The notes: generated from the letters alone by a model not told the origin. Positions 38,730 through 49,101 are shown, counted from the stretch's first letter. The stretch: 64,000 nt of DNA from Candidatus Woesearchaeota archaeon (GCA_945861715.1 CAMAVK010000002.1:10440-74439), one strand, 5' to 3'. Numbers and translations: made by a program.

Positions 38730-39446
38730 ATGAATATACGTTTAACCCTTGAACAAGTTGGTCTTGGTAAGAATGAGATTGATGTATATCTCGCATTACT
38801 CAAATATGGCGAGGGAAGTGTTTCAACCATTGCGAAGACTTGCCCGACGCATCGAGTGAATATTTATGATGCGGCTCGGAGTCTTGTAAATAAGGGTTTG
38901 GTGTCTGAATTTTTGCAACATGATGTGGTTATATTCAAAGCAAATGAACCCTCTAAAATTTTGTCTTATTAACAGTTGCAACAGGAGAATGTTCGAACAA
39001 TTTTACCTCAACTTCAGCAATCGTTTGATATTCATAAGGATTCAGCGCAAACCTTTTATGGGATTGATGGGGTTAAACATATTCTTCAAGACATGATTGA
39101 AGAGGGAGAGGATATTTACTCATTTGGTATTCCCAAGGAGTTATCGGAGTCACTCGCTGATTTTACCACCACGTTTCATCGAAATCGTATTAAGAAAAAG
39201 ATTGCACTTTACCAAATTTATAATGAGAATGCTACAGAGCGAATTGCGTTTCTTAACAAATTGAAGTATTGCTCAGTGCGCCACTTGGATAAGAAATTTG
39301 ATGTTCCGGCCACTACGGTCATTTATGGCCGAAAAGTTGCTATATGGATTTTTGGTGATGTTATTTTTTCAGTTTTGATTACCAGTGAAACGATGGTTGT
39401 TGCGTATAAAAAATATTTTGATCTTCTCTGGAAGCAGGCCAAATAA
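38730..39446 (+). pseudogene. TrmB-like transcriptional regulator interrupted by a single in-frame TAA (38970-38972); alternatively a split two-ORF gene
   Basis: The N-terminal winged HTH (LTLEQVGLGKNEIDVYLALLKYGEGSVSTIAKTCPTHRVNIYDAARSLVNKGLV) ends at a TAA. The downstream ORF (from TTG at 38976) is in the same frame (38976-38730 = 246) and continues with a TrmB-C-like domain. Confidence 0.45.
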
Positions 39447-39460
39447 TTATTTTCAATTGA

Positions 39461-39916
39461 TTAATCGATGTCGATAAAGGGGGAGTTGATATACGTAGCT
39501 AGATCAGGGGTTGTGCGTCTCAACTGTGCTTCTTTTCCAAAGAGTATCATTTCTTCTTCGCAGGCAAAGCCTGGCCAATCCCATCGAACGTTGAGGTCTA
39601 TTATGTTCCAACTAATTACCTCGGGATTACCTTGCCAATTTCCTTGTGGGAAATTTCCATAGCCAACTATGTGGAGACAAGGAACATTTTTGAGTTGCCA
39701 GAGTCCGCCAATAAAATACATCATATCTTTTGATTCTCCATTTCGTGTTGGGGGAGTGCGTGTTTTTACAAGTAATTCTAAAGCTTGGGAAATTTCTTCT
39801 AATTGTTGTTCTGGATTGAATGTATATGAGTTGTGTACATAGATCCGAGCTGGTTGGACTTCTTTATTCCATAATCCCGGTGTAGTTTTGTAACGGTGTG
39901 CGTTAATAAATGTCAT
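39461..39916 (-). CDS. hypothetical protein (151 aa)
   Basis: ORF only. Confidence 0.35.
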   Translation of the reverse strand: MTFINAHRYKTTPGLWNKEVQPARIYVHNSYTFNPEQQLEEISQALELLVKTRTPPTRNGESKDMMYFIGGLWQLKNVPCLHIVGYGNFPQGNWQGNPEVISWNIIDLNVRWDWPGFACEEEMILFGKEAQLRRTTPDLATYINSPFIDID

Positions 39917-39970
39917 AATAGGGTTAAATTGACTGTTTTGTTTAAATATTTTGGAGAAATGTGTGTTATT

Positions 39971-40465
39971 TCAGTTTCCTCTTCGGATGTGATCAAATAG
40001 GTGGGTTGCACGATCTAGTTCCAAAGGCCATTTTCGTAGTGATCGTTCTCCTATTTCACTTTGAATTCTTGTTTCGATGGATAAGGCTTTGGCTAAATAT
40101 TCTTGGCTTTCTTTTTCATTGGGATCCATGAATTTTCCTGATGGGCTTAGGGTGGTATATTGTGATTGGATGGGGTTGACAGTTCCATTCGTACGGTTGT
40201 TTGGAGATGTTGCGAAATAGTGAAAATCGGTTACTGTTCTTCTTGATACCTGGGTATTATGTAGCCATTTGATGTTTAATGCCCATTTGATTGAGGAGAG
40301 AAGTGTTTGATCTATGGTTGTTAGATTTTGTGATACTATTTGTAGATCATATCTATCTGGATTGCCCCACATATATACTTCTCTTGTGGCGTATCGGATT
40401 ACTGGAAACGGTAATCTAATTTCGGTACATTCTAAAACGTGTCGTGTCTTGAATTCTATTTCCAT
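39971..40465 (-). CDS. hypothetical protein (164 aa)
   Basis: ORF only. Confidence 0.35.
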   Translation of the reverse strand: MEIEFKTRHVLECTEIRLPFPVIRYATREVYMWGNPDRYDLQIVSQNLTTIDQTLLSSIKWALNIKWLHNTQVSRRTVTDFHYFATSPNNRTNGTVNPIQSQYTTLSPSGKFMDPNEKESQEYLAKALSIETRIQSEIGERSLRKWPLELDRATHLFDHIRRGN

Positions 40466-40489
40466 TTTGGTCTGTTAAAGGGAGGGTTT

Positions 40490-41767
40490 TTATTTTCTTT
40501 TAATCTCCGTGATGCCGCCCATGTATGGAACTAAGACGTCTGGGATTTTGATTGTGCCGTCTTTTGTTTGATTGTTTTCCATGATGGCTACGATTGCTCG
40601 TGATGTGGCAACGACTGTACTGTTCAAAGTATGGATGTGTTTGACACCGTCTGTTGCACGATAGCGGATGTTGAGTCTGCGTGCTTGATATTCGGTGCAG
40701 TTTGAGCATGATACAACTTCGCGGTACGTGTTTTGATTTGGCATCCACGCTTCTAGGTCGTATTTTTTGGCAGCAACTATTCCGATATCACCTGTGCATT
40801 GCATGATTTGTTGGAAGTGTAGGCCGAGGCTGGTGAAGAATTCAATTGCGTTTTGAATGAGTTCTTCGTGTATTTTCCAGGAGTCTTCGGGTTTACAGAG
40901 TACGACTTGTTCAACTTTTGTGAATTGGTGACCGCGAAAGATACCTTTGGTATCTTTTCCGTGGGAACCTGCTTCTTTTCTAAAGTTTGTTGAGAGTCCA
41001 ACAAGTTTTAATGGGAGGTCTTTTTCTTCGAATACTTCTCCCATATGCATTGCGGTGAGGGGGTGTTCAGCAGTTGCAATTGGATGAAGGTCTTCTCCTT
41101 CGATTTTGTAGAGTACTTCTTCGAAGTCGCCCAGTGAGGTGACACCTTGGTATGGCTCGTTTCTCATCATATATGGTGGGATGACAAATGTGAAGCCTTT
41201 TTTGCGCATGAAGTCGATACCATATTGTTGTAAAGCTAAGTCGAGAAGAGCAGCTTCTTCTTTTAAGAACCAAAATCTGGCTCCACTGATTTTTGCTGCA
41301 CGTTCGATATCTGCGAGATTGAGTTCTGCTAAGAGGTCTACGTGACTTTTTAATGGGAAGTTGTATGTTTTTGGTGTTCCAAACTTTTTCACGACGACGT
41401 TTTGCTCGTCAGATTCTCCGTATGGTACGGATTCATGAAGTAGGTTTGGAAGTGCATACATGATTTTGTTTATTTTTTCATCTAACTCTGCGAGGGAGAG
41501 TTCTTTTGCTGCCATTAACTTTGGCACTTCAGCCGCTTCTTTTAGGATAGCGGATGCGTCTTGACCTTTTTTCTTGGCTTCGGAAATTTGTAATGAAAGG
41601 GAGTTTCGTTTTGCTCGCAAGGCATCGACTTCTTTTTTAGTGATGAGCCACTCTTTGTCTACTTGTAAGGCTTCTTCAAAGAGAGCGAGTTTAGCAGTGT
41701 CACGGCGTTTTTCGAGGTCTTTTCGAATTACCTCAGGTGTTGTTCGTAGGATTTTGATGTCTAACAT
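40490..41767 (-). CDS. serS: serine--tRNA ligase
   Basis: N-terminal coiled-coil arm plus a class II core with FRKEAGSHGKDTKGIFRGHQF (motif 2) and GDIGIVAAKKYDLEAWMP / ATSRAI (motif 3). Confidence 0.9.
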   Translation of the reverse strand: MLDIKILRTTPEVIRKDLEKRRDTAKLALFEEALQVDKEWLITKKEVDALRAKRNSLSLQISEAKKKGQDASAILKEAAEVPKLMAAKELSLAELDEKINKIMYALPNLLHESVPYGESDEQNVVVKKFGTPKTYNFPLKSHVDLLAELNLADIERAAKISGARFWFLKEEAALLDLALQQYGIDFMRKKGFTFVIPPYMMRNEPYQGVTSLGDFEEVLYKIEGEDLHPIATAEHPLTAMHMGEVFEEKDLPLKLVGLSTNFRKEAGSHGKDTKGIFRGHQFTKVEQVVLCKPEDSWKIHEELIQNAIEFFTSLGLHFQQIMQCTGDIGIVAAKKYDLEAWMPNQNTYREVVSCSNCTEYQARRLNIRYRATDGVKHIHTLNSTVVATSRAIVAIMENNQTKDGTIKIPDVLVPYMGGITEIKRK

Positions 41768-41879
41768 ATTAGTTTTTGATTTCGTGATTGTTTAAAAATG
41801 TTAGGGGGGATTTGGTATTTTTGGGAGAGTGGTTATAAAAACTTATATAAAGGGTGGAATCTCTCTTTTGAGTTGATAG

Positions 41880-43445
41880 ATGATGAATAAGGTTTCGAAA
41901 AGGTTTGTACTATTAGTGACAATGTTCTCTCTTTTATGTTTTGCTTCTGGCGTTTTTGCTGATATAGAGTATGGTTATGATTGTTATGCCAATGATCAGT
42001 GTATTTTTGTTTTGGGAAATCCTACTGCATATTGTAGTGATAGTAGTTTTACCTGTTTTATTCCTGATGTGGCTGCTGCTCCAGCAGGGGCAGTTCCCGT
42101 GGTTGGTGTTATTCCTGTTGAGTCTGGGGTAGAACCATTAATTCCTGGAGTAAATGTTCCGGTTGTTGTTGCACCTTCTATTAATAATGATCAATTGGTA
42201 CAATTGCAACTTACTCTTCAACTTCTCCAAGAGCAATCTTCTACTGTGGAAGAACGCTTAGCTGCTATTGAATCCGGTACAGTTACTTTATCACAAGGTT
42301 ATCAAGGTTTACAATCTCAATTAGGACAACTTCAAACATTGGTATCTTTGTTGCAATCTCGAATTGATGTGTTAGAAAAAGAGCAAGTTAGTTCTAAACA
42401 GGCCATTAAGGAAGAAGTACGGGGCGTTGCAACTGGTCTTGCTACCTTGCAAACCAAAGTTGATACTACTAAAGATGGACTTGTTGATGTGCAGGAAGAA
42501 TTAGATACTCAGTCATCTAAAACGACGTGGCTTACGGTTTTGTTTGTTGTGTTGCTTGTTGCTGGTGCTGGTATTGGGTTGTATGTTTACATGAATGCTG
42601 GGGCAGAAGAACAGGGCGAGGAAGTTGATGATCAAATTTTGAAATATATTACTAAACATATCAAAGCAGGTAAAAAATTTCCTCAAGTGAAAGAAGCACT
42701 TCTTAAAGCGGGGTGGGCGGAATCTGATATTAATTGGGCATATAAGGAAACATTGAAGAAAAATTATCAATCTTATTTAGCAAAGGGCGTTCAATCTGAT
42801 GAATCTACTTCTACAAGCAGTTTTGCTGCCTCAAATAAAGTTGTTGAAAATGTAGTTGCAGCAGGTAGTGCAGGTGTGCGAAGTAGCGCTGATAAACGTA
42901 AGGGAATGGTTATTGGTATCATTGGCTTGGTTGTTTTGATTGGTTTGATGTTCTTAGTTAAGAGTGTTGGTATTGGTCATGCTATTTATTTTCAAAATCA
43001 AGAAGATTTGAGTAAAGGTGTTCATGATGCTCTTACAGGGAAAATTGGGTCTAACCCATTTTATTCTAAGTTAGATTATTTAACAATGTGTGTTCAGGTT
43101 CTAGATTCAGATAAAGCGGTTTCATATAAGGTTACTAAGACTCCGTTTGGTCATGAGATTGAGGAAGCATCTCTACCTTGTGATCAAGATATTAAGTATG
43201 ATGTTTCTTTTAAGTTTAAGACATTTGATTCATTTGATTTAGCTGCACAAGATTTTAGTTGTGAAAATGTGCGAAAATTGCATAGAGAAGCTGGTGATGG
43301 TTCTCGAAGTGTGGTGGCGTTACCTAGTCGTTTGGTTATGCCTGGTTTTGTGAAGAATCCTACTACTAATTATCAGCCGTTTTGTTCAGTTATTGAAGAA
43401 TGTTTAACTGATGCTGAACGAGGAGTTTTAGGTGTTGCTTGTTAG
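41880..43445 (+). CDS. secreted/membrane coiled-coil protein with a central TM segment
   Basis: Signal peptide, Cys-containing N-domain, a long heptad-like LQxQL region, a TM helix (WLTVLFVVLLVAGAGIGLYVY) and a second TM. Confidence 0.5.
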   Translation: MMNKVSKRFVLLVTMFSLLCFASGVFADIEYGYDCYANDQCIFVLGNPTAYCSDSSFTCFIPDVAAAPAGAVPVVGVIPVESGVEPLIPGVNVPVVVAPSINNDQLVQLQLTLQLLQEQSSTVEERLAAIESGTVTLSQGYQGLQSQLGQLQTLVSLLQSRIDVLEKEQVSSKQAIKEEVRGVATGLATLQTKVDTTKDGLVDVQEELDTQSSKTTWLTVLFVVLLVAGAGIGLYVYMNAGAEEQGEEVDDQILKYITKHIKAGKKFPQVKEALLKAGWAESDINWAYKETLKKNYQSYLAKGVQSDESTSTSSFAASNKVVENVVAAGSAGVRSSADKRKGMVIGIIGLVVLIGLMFLVKSVGIGHAIYFQNQEDLSKGVHDALTGKIGSNPFYSKLDYLTMCVQVLDSDKAVSYKVTKTPFGHEIEEASLPCDQDIKYDVSFKFKTFDSFDLAAQDFSCENVRKLHREAGDGSRSVVALPSRLVMPGFVKNPTTNYQPFCSVIEECLTDAERGVLGVAC

Positions 43446-43566
43446 GGTTCTCGATGTTTTTTGATGATGAGTTAATCACAAAGATTAAAGTGAACTTGCA
43501 TAAATTGTGTTTTTATGGCAAAGTTTTCTAAAGTAGAAAAAAATAGATTAAATTGAATATTAGCTA

Positions 43567-43842
43567 TTAGAATTTTATTTTTCCAGCGTTATATCGTCCT
43601 TCACAAAGTATTTTGTCAGCTACTTTACGGGCGTATTCAAGAGCTTCTCCATGTGATGTAAGTGGACTTAGAGCGTATTGTTTTTTTTGGCTATTCATTA
43701 CCATTGATTGTGGATTGATTGGACTTGTTGGGCCTTCGATTCTTCTTTCGAGTTCACTTGGGGCTTGTACTCGCGAATTTGTGCGTTGACTTACCACATA
43801 TGGTTTTCGAGCGTTGTATGCGTCTTCTATATTAAATGTCAT
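43567..43842 (-). CDS. hypothetical protein (91 aa)
   Basis: ORF only. Confidence 0.3.
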   Translation of the reverse strand: MTFNIEDAYNARKPYVVSQRTNSRVQAPSELERRIEGPTSPINPQSMVMNSQKKQYALSPLTSHGEALEYARKVADKILCEGRYNAGKIKF

Positions 43843-43941
43843 TTTGTTCTCCTGTTTGAAAAGTGGTTTTGGTCAAGAGGGAGGTTTATAAAAGTTTCGT
43901 GTTTTAATATGAATTGGCTTATTTTGGGAGAGAAAAATATG

Positions 43942-44649
43942 TTAAGCTTGCTTTGTACTTTGAATTATCTCATAATCTGATTTTCTGGGTATTGCTCCGG
44001 TTGTTTTGGTGATAATCCATTCTAGGACACGATAAAAGTGAATTTTTTTGGTTATGCTGTTGGTCCAGCCATTGGTGATTGCATAATGATGTTCAAAGGG
44101 AGTGGTGTGATGAATGGTGTGGTGGTTTTTTGGGAGAATGATTTTTGATTTTTGGAGTAGTTCGATGAATTTTGGAGGATTTTCCATGTGTGCCCATTTA
44201 TGAAATTGGTTCGTTCCAAAGCCAAATATGGCGGTTGATAGGAAAGTGAGGGTCAATGTATTGGCCACTGAACTTTGGTATGTATGATGAAACCAGAGGG
44301 CGAGAAGTATGAATGGTAAACTGAAGATACTGTTGGTTCCGTTGGTTTCAATAAAGTCGTGTTGGGTAATTGCTTTTTGGTTTGTGTGGTGTTCTCTAAA
44401 AGGTCGTATTAGGGCGTTGCCCACTATTGGCCATGTGGGTGTTCCCCAGGTATCCCCTGCCCAATGTATTATTCCAGTTGCAAGGTCTGCGAGGATCATG
44501 CCCGCTATTATTGCTGTTATAGTTATGAATGGGTTTTGAGTGATAAAAGGGAAGAGAAGATAGAGTGTGTATCCTAATAGTGCAAGATATACTACTATGG
44601 TAATTGCTTCTATTTTCCGTTGTGTTTGATTGTACTGGTTTAGTTCCAT
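43942..44649 (-). CDS. membrane His-box di-iron protein, fatty-acid desaturase/hydroxylase-like (Kua/TMEM189-CarF-like)
   Basis: Polytopic membrane protein with three His clusters: FREHHTNQ, HKWAHMENP and NHHTIHHTTPFEHHYA. These are spaced as in membrane desaturase/hydroxylase His boxes. Confidence 0.5.
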   Translation of the reverse strand: MELNQYNQTQRKIEAITIVVYLALLGYTLYLLFPFITQNPFITITAIIAGMILADLATGIIHWAGDTWGTPTWPIVGNALIRPFREHHTNQKAITQHDFIETNGTNSIFSLPFILLALWFHHTYQSSVANTLTLTFLSTAIFGFGTNQFHKWAHMENPPKFIELLQKSKIILPKNHHTIHHTTPFEHHYAITNGWTNSITKKIHFYRVLEWIITKTTGAIPRKSDYEIIQSTKQA

Positions 44650-44766
44650 TTTAGTGTTGGTAGTTAGAAGATTCTACTCTTTTTTTTAAATTATTTGTCT
44701 TTTAATATGTTTTTGGTTGTGTTTTAGATTTCTTTTAGGAATGTTTTTTAAGAGGTTGGACTATAT

Positions 44767-44932
44767 ATTGAAATAACGATATTGAAATAACGGAATAATC
44801 ATTCTTAATTGTTCGTTCTATCAGATACAAGAAATGAAAAAACTATTTCATTTCTGTACAGAAAATAACTTACGGGTTATTTTCTTGTAATACTGTGCGG
44901 CTAAAAGTACGAAAATATAGGACGCACAGTAT
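44767..44932. promoter_or_regulatory. divergent promoter region carrying a 12-nt direct repeat and two 9-bp perfect palindromes
   Basis: ATTGAAATAACG x2 (44767-44778, 44781-44792). GAAAATAAC-ttacgg-GTTATTTTC (44861-44884). TACTGTGCG-(24 nt)-CGCACAGTA (44891-44932). Confidence 0.35.
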
Positions 44933-44968
44933 AGAATACTTTAAATACCTCTAAATAATTGTTTTTGT

Positions 44969-46189
44969 ATGGTAGATTCGAGTTCTCAAAAACAATATAC
45001 AAAATGTAGTAGGGGTCAGGCTGCAGGTGCTGCGGTTCTTGTGGCAATTATTGCTGGTCTTTTGATCATGTTTATTATAATGATTCCTCCGTCAGAGAGA
45101 GCGAAAATTCTGGGGGACCCTGTTCCTGGTTCTTCGGCTAACGGAGGTGGGGTAGTTCCTGTTGGAGCTATTTCTACTCTTCTTATACAACATCCGGGTA
45201 GAATTGATTATTTGGTGCAAAAAGAGATTGAACATCCACTTCCCGTTATTAATATTCAAACCACAGAAGAGGCAGGTATTATTTCTGAGAAGAGTGTTGT
45301 TTCATCAAAGAGAGGAATATTATCTGAGAAGTCATCGGAATTTTCGTTTCCTGTTATAAGTCCAGCTGATGTTCGTAATCCATTGCTCACTTTTCGAGTT
45401 ACTGAGCAAGTTGGAGATCTTCATGTTATAATGAATGGTGAAGAAATTTATAGTGGTCCTGCAGGTGGAAGTCAAATGCGTCCGGTGATTATTCCTTCTG
45501 GTTTGCTTCATACAGACAATACGATTATCTTTAAGGTGTCAAGCCCTGGTCTTGCATTTTGGAGAACAAACTCGTTTGTTGCTGAGAATGTAAAAGTGGT
45601 TGCTGATACCTTAAATCGTGAGGCACAAGTTGCTCGCCATGTATTTCTAGTATCTGAGACTGAGAAACAAAATTTGGAACGTGTGCAACTTAAATTTCAT
45701 CCTGAATGCCGCTATGGCGAAGCTGGGTCTCTTCATATTTTGTTGAATAATAAGGAAGTATATAGTGCTACTCCTGATTGTGAGTTGTCGCTTGTTCCTA
45801 TTGAACTGGCTGCAAGCGATTTATTTACGGGAGAGAATCGAATTGAATTTAAAACTGATAAAGGTACCTACTTGTTATCTGCTGTTACCATTGTTTCTAA
45901 ATTGAAAGAGGTTAGTTATCCTACTTATTATTTTGAGTTGTCAGAGGAACAATATGATGCAATTAAATCTCATAAGAATGATTTGAAAATTACTGTGGCG
46001 TTTACCGATGTTACTGATGTTCGTGAGGGTCAAATTATTTTTAATGGGGTTAATCGTGATTTTAGTACCCGTAGTCCAACAGTAGCTTTGGATGTTGGGG
46101 CTGATATTGAGAAAGGATCGAATTCGGTTGTTATTAAACCTCGACGTACTTTAGATGTTCGAGAAATTCGAGCAGATATTGTGAATTAG
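44969..46189 (+). CDS. hypothetical secreted protein with an N-terminal class-III-like (prepilin-type) signal/anchor
   Basis: N-terminus is CSRGQAAGAAVLVAIIAGLLIMFIIMIPP (basic residue, Gly, then a hydrophobic stretch). It is followed by about 360 aa that are probably extracellular. Confidence 0.45.
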   Translation: MVDSSSQKQYTKCSRGQAAGAAVLVAIIAGLLIMFIIMIPPSERAKILGDPVPGSSANGGGVVPVGAISTLLIQHPGRIDYLVQKEIEHPLPVINIQTTEEAGIISEKSVVSSKRGILSEKSSEFSFPVISPADVRNPLLTFRVTEQVGDLHVIMNGEEIYSGPAGGSQMRPVIIPSGLLHTDNTIIFKVSSPGLAFWRTNSFVAENVKVVADTLNREAQVARHVFLVSETEKQNLERVQLKFHPECRYGEAGSLHILLNNKEVYSATPDCELSLVPIELAASDLFTGENRIEFKTDKGTYLLSAVTIVSKLKEVSYPTYYFELSEEQYDAIKSHKNDLKITVAFTDVTDVREGQIIFNGVNRDFSTRSPTVALDVGADIEKGSNSVVIKPRRTLDVREIRADIVN

Positions 46190-46309
46190 GTTTTTTTGTT
46201 TGGTTGTTTTTCATTCTTCTTTTTTTTGATTATTAGGGATTTTTGAGGTTAAATAGAAGTTGGTTTTCCGATAGGTTTTTAATGTCTATTTTCTTGTCTA
46301 TGTATTGAG

Positions 46310-48175
46310 ATGGTAGATAGTCCAGATGCGAAAATTGTTAAAGAAAAGAGTTCTCCTAGTCCGTCTAGTTCGCCTGTACCCGTTAACAGTCCTGGTGTCG
46401 CAAGTGGTGCCGCGTGGGCTGCTGGTACTAAATTATTCGATGCGGTTGAAGATCCTGGATTTTGGTTGTTTATTTTTGGTTTGTTGACGTTCTGGTTAAG
46501 TTCATTTGATCCGCTCATTGCGGTTATGATTGGTTGTTTTTTTATGTTTTATACCACTCTTTTTATTTTTAAAGGACGAGGGCTCATTTTGGTGCTGGCG
46601 TTTTTTATTTTGTATGTTTATTTTGGTGGTCGGTTTAGTTTGGAGTCGATTTATACAGTTATTTTGCCCGCGGTTTTAATTGGTTTACTGCTCCGTGGAT
46701 TGTTGTCAAAATATAGTTCAGGTGGAGAAGGGTTTACGGCAGGAGTTGGGGGAGAGGTTTTTGGTTTAATTCCTATATTGTTCTTTTTCTTGGATATAGG
46801 GTTGATAGAATTTTTGAAGTTTTCTTATGGAATTGAGTTGCCAATCTTAGCGCAAAATATATTGTTTTTTACTCCATGGTGGGCTTATTTGGGATTATTT
46901 AACACGAAGAAAACGAATGCGTTTATTTCTTTTGTTAAGGTTTTGAGTATGGTGTGGATTTTTGTGGTTATTTTTATGTTGACTCCAATGGGTGCGTATG
47001 GTTCACAATATTTACCTGGGGCTGAGAAATTACTCTCTGCTAAGACGGATTTTCGTGCTGAGGCTCAAAGTGAGAATCAATTCAAAAGTTTAGGGTATTG
47101 TATTATAAACGGAAAATTGGTTGATGGTCTTCAAGATTGCATTCAAATTCGACAGAGAGAATCGAAATGGGAAGAGATTTGTAAGCGGGAACAGCCTGAT
47201 GATGTGAGTCGGTGTGTTTCTGAGCAGAAAAAACGTTTTGAGCAGGGTAGTGAAGTTCAGGGTACGGTTGACACTGAGTTATCATTATTTACTACCGGAA
47301 CGATAACTATTGATGATACGACGTTTCCCAAGCAAGTGCGAGCTCTTGTGGGAGATAGTTCTACACAACGACAGTATGTTGCGTATCTTAAGTTGAGTAA
47401 TCCCTTTGCCCAATCTCTTACAGTTCGTGGTAGTTGTTCATTTAAACAATCTCGTGATGTGGTTGTGGGAGAATTTTTGTTGGGTGGAAGTACAGATTCT
47501 CGTACGGTTGCTAGTAAGGAAATTGAAGTTCCATTATCATGCACTCCTGCTTCTGGGGCTATTCTTAATGGGGCATATACGTTAAGTTTTAATGTTATCA
47601 TCGAAAATCTTCATACCACGTCGTATTTGAAGCGAGCATTTATTCATGAGGGGTATACGCCTGAACAAATTGCACAGATTCGGGCTAAGATTATGAGTAC
47701 AGAGTTTTCATCGAGTGCAGATTATGTTTCTAAAGCTCCTAAAGAGTTTGCTAGGTTAAATTTTGGTATGGGTTCAACGGAAAAGGATCCAGTTGTTGTT
47801 CCTGGTGATGCACTTATTTTTGTATCGAGTATTGAGAGTATTAATGGAGCCGGTGTTAAGGGGAAATTAGAGAAGGTTCGCTCTTATACTTTTAATTTGG
47901 TGGATAAGGGTTTTGGCGTAACTAATAGTGGAGCTGAAACTTGCTTGCAAGGTGCCTCTATTTTAGTATGGCCTGGTCAAACGCAACCTCTTACATCGTG
48001 TTTTTTGAGTCTGCCTTCTCAATATACTGATTTTTCGCAACCGTATATTGTTGAGACATTCCAAGGTGAGTTGGTCTATGATTATAATTTAACTAAAGAG
48101 ATTCCTATTCGAGTTGATTTAATGGATCCAACTACGATGAAACCTGTTGTTACACCATCTGGGGGGTTGAGATAA
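46310..48175 (+). CDS. polytopic membrane protein with a large C-terminal extracellular domain (621 aa)
   Basis: Ser/Pro-rich N-terminus, about 7 TM helices, then a roughly 380-aa Cys-containing soluble domain. Confidence 0.5.
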   Translation: MVDSPDAKIVKEKSSPSPSSSPVPVNSPGVASGAAWAAGTKLFDAVEDPGFWLFIFGLLTFWLSSFDPLIAVMIGCFFMFYTTLFIFKGRGLILVLAFFILYVYFGGRFSLESIYTVILPAVLIGLLLRGLLSKYSSGGEGFTAGVGGEVFGLIPILFFFLDIGLIEFLKFSYGIELPILAQNILFFTPWWAYLGLFNTKKTNAFISFVKVLSMVWIFVVIFMLTPMGAYGSQYLPGAEKLLSAKTDFRAEAQSENQFKSLGYCIINGKLVDGLQDCIQIRQRESKWEEICKREQPDDVSRCVSEQKKRFEQGSEVQGTVDTELSLFTTGTITIDDTTFPKQVRALVGDSSTQRQYVAYLKLSNPFAQSLTVRGSCSFKQSRDVVVGEFLLGGSTDSRTVASKEIEVPLSCTPASGAILNGAYTLSFNVIIENLHTTSYLKRAFIHEGYTPEQIAQIRAKIMSTEFSSSADYVSKAPKEFARLNFGMGSTEKDPVVVPGDALIFVSSIESINGAGVKGKLEKVRSYTFNLVDKGFGVTNSGAETCLQGASILVWPGQTQPLTSCFLSLPSQYTDFSQPYIVETFQGELVYDYNLTKEIPIRVDLMDPTTMKPVVTPSGGLR

Positions 48176-49101
48176 TGAGTCTCGCAATTAATCAATTTGA
48201 ACATAGAATAGTGCATACATTGTTAATGGGATTTGTTTTGGTGTTGATTTTACTTGTGATTTCAGGGTGTAGTTCAGGAAATGATAATGGAATATTGGTC
48301 AATTTTAAATCAGGCATTTCAGAGATTCAAATTACTGATGATTCTCAATTTCCCTCTCAAGTGAGTAATACTGATTTGTTTATCGCACGTGTTGTAGTAC
48401 AAAATCGTGCAGCGTATGAATTGAGTAACGTTAAAGTTGGGCTTGTTGGATTGGATGCGGATAAAATTACTTTAGAGAACACTGAGCAAGAATTGGATAA
48501 TTTAGAAGGTCGAAGTTTAACATATCCTGAAGGAGATCGCAGAGAGGTAGTGTTTTCAGGTCAAGTGGCTACGCTGAAGTTGGCGTCGGATGATGGTAGA
48601 AAAGATGCGTACCAAGTTTATGTGAATTATGATTCCGTGGTGGAAGTTTCCGAGGATATGTGTTTGTCTGGAGCTAGTATGATTTTAGCTGATGGTGGTT
48701 GCATACCTACTGATACTCCTCGTGGTTTATCTGGTCAAGGTGCGCCTTTGGCTATTACCAATATCTATAGTCAGGCGATTGGAACAAATGGTCAGATCAG
48801 GTTTACGTTGGAAAATCGAGGACGTGGTGATGCGGTGTATGCGAATTTAAATGATGCTACTCTTGGTGGAAAACCAATTGTTTGTCAATTTCTTGCACCC
48901 TATCCCGCTCGATTTGAGTTTCAATCTAAGAAGTCAGTTGATGTATCTTGTTCGTTTGAATTACAAGAAGGAAGTAAGTCCTATCTCAGTCCATTTTATG
49001 TGAACATGCGATATGGATATCGTTTGTGGCAGGAGGAGTTGGTTACGATTCGTAAAGTGGGAGTTGGGGTTGCGCCAATTGATGAACGCTTTTTAAATTA
49101 G
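48175..49101 (+). CDS. hypothetical secreted/anchored protein (308 aa)
   Basis: Start overlaps the previous stop (ATGA). N-terminal TM/signal (LLMGFVLVLILLVISGCSSG, lipobox-like). Confidence 0.45.
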   Translation: MSLAINQFEHRIVHTLLMGFVLVLILLVISGCSSGNDNGILVNFKSGISEIQITDDSQFPSQVSNTDLFIARVVVQNRAAYELSNVKVGLVGLDADKITLENTEQELDNLEGRSLTYPEGDRREVVFSGQVATLKLASDDGRKDAYQVYVNYDSVVEVSEDMCLSGASMILADGGCIPTDTPRGLSGQGAPLAITNIYSQAIGTNGQIRFTLENRGRGDAVYANLNDATLGGKPIVCQFLAPYPARFEFQSKKSVDVSCSFELQEGSKSYLSPFYVNMRYGYRLWQEELVTIRKVGVGVAPIDERFLN

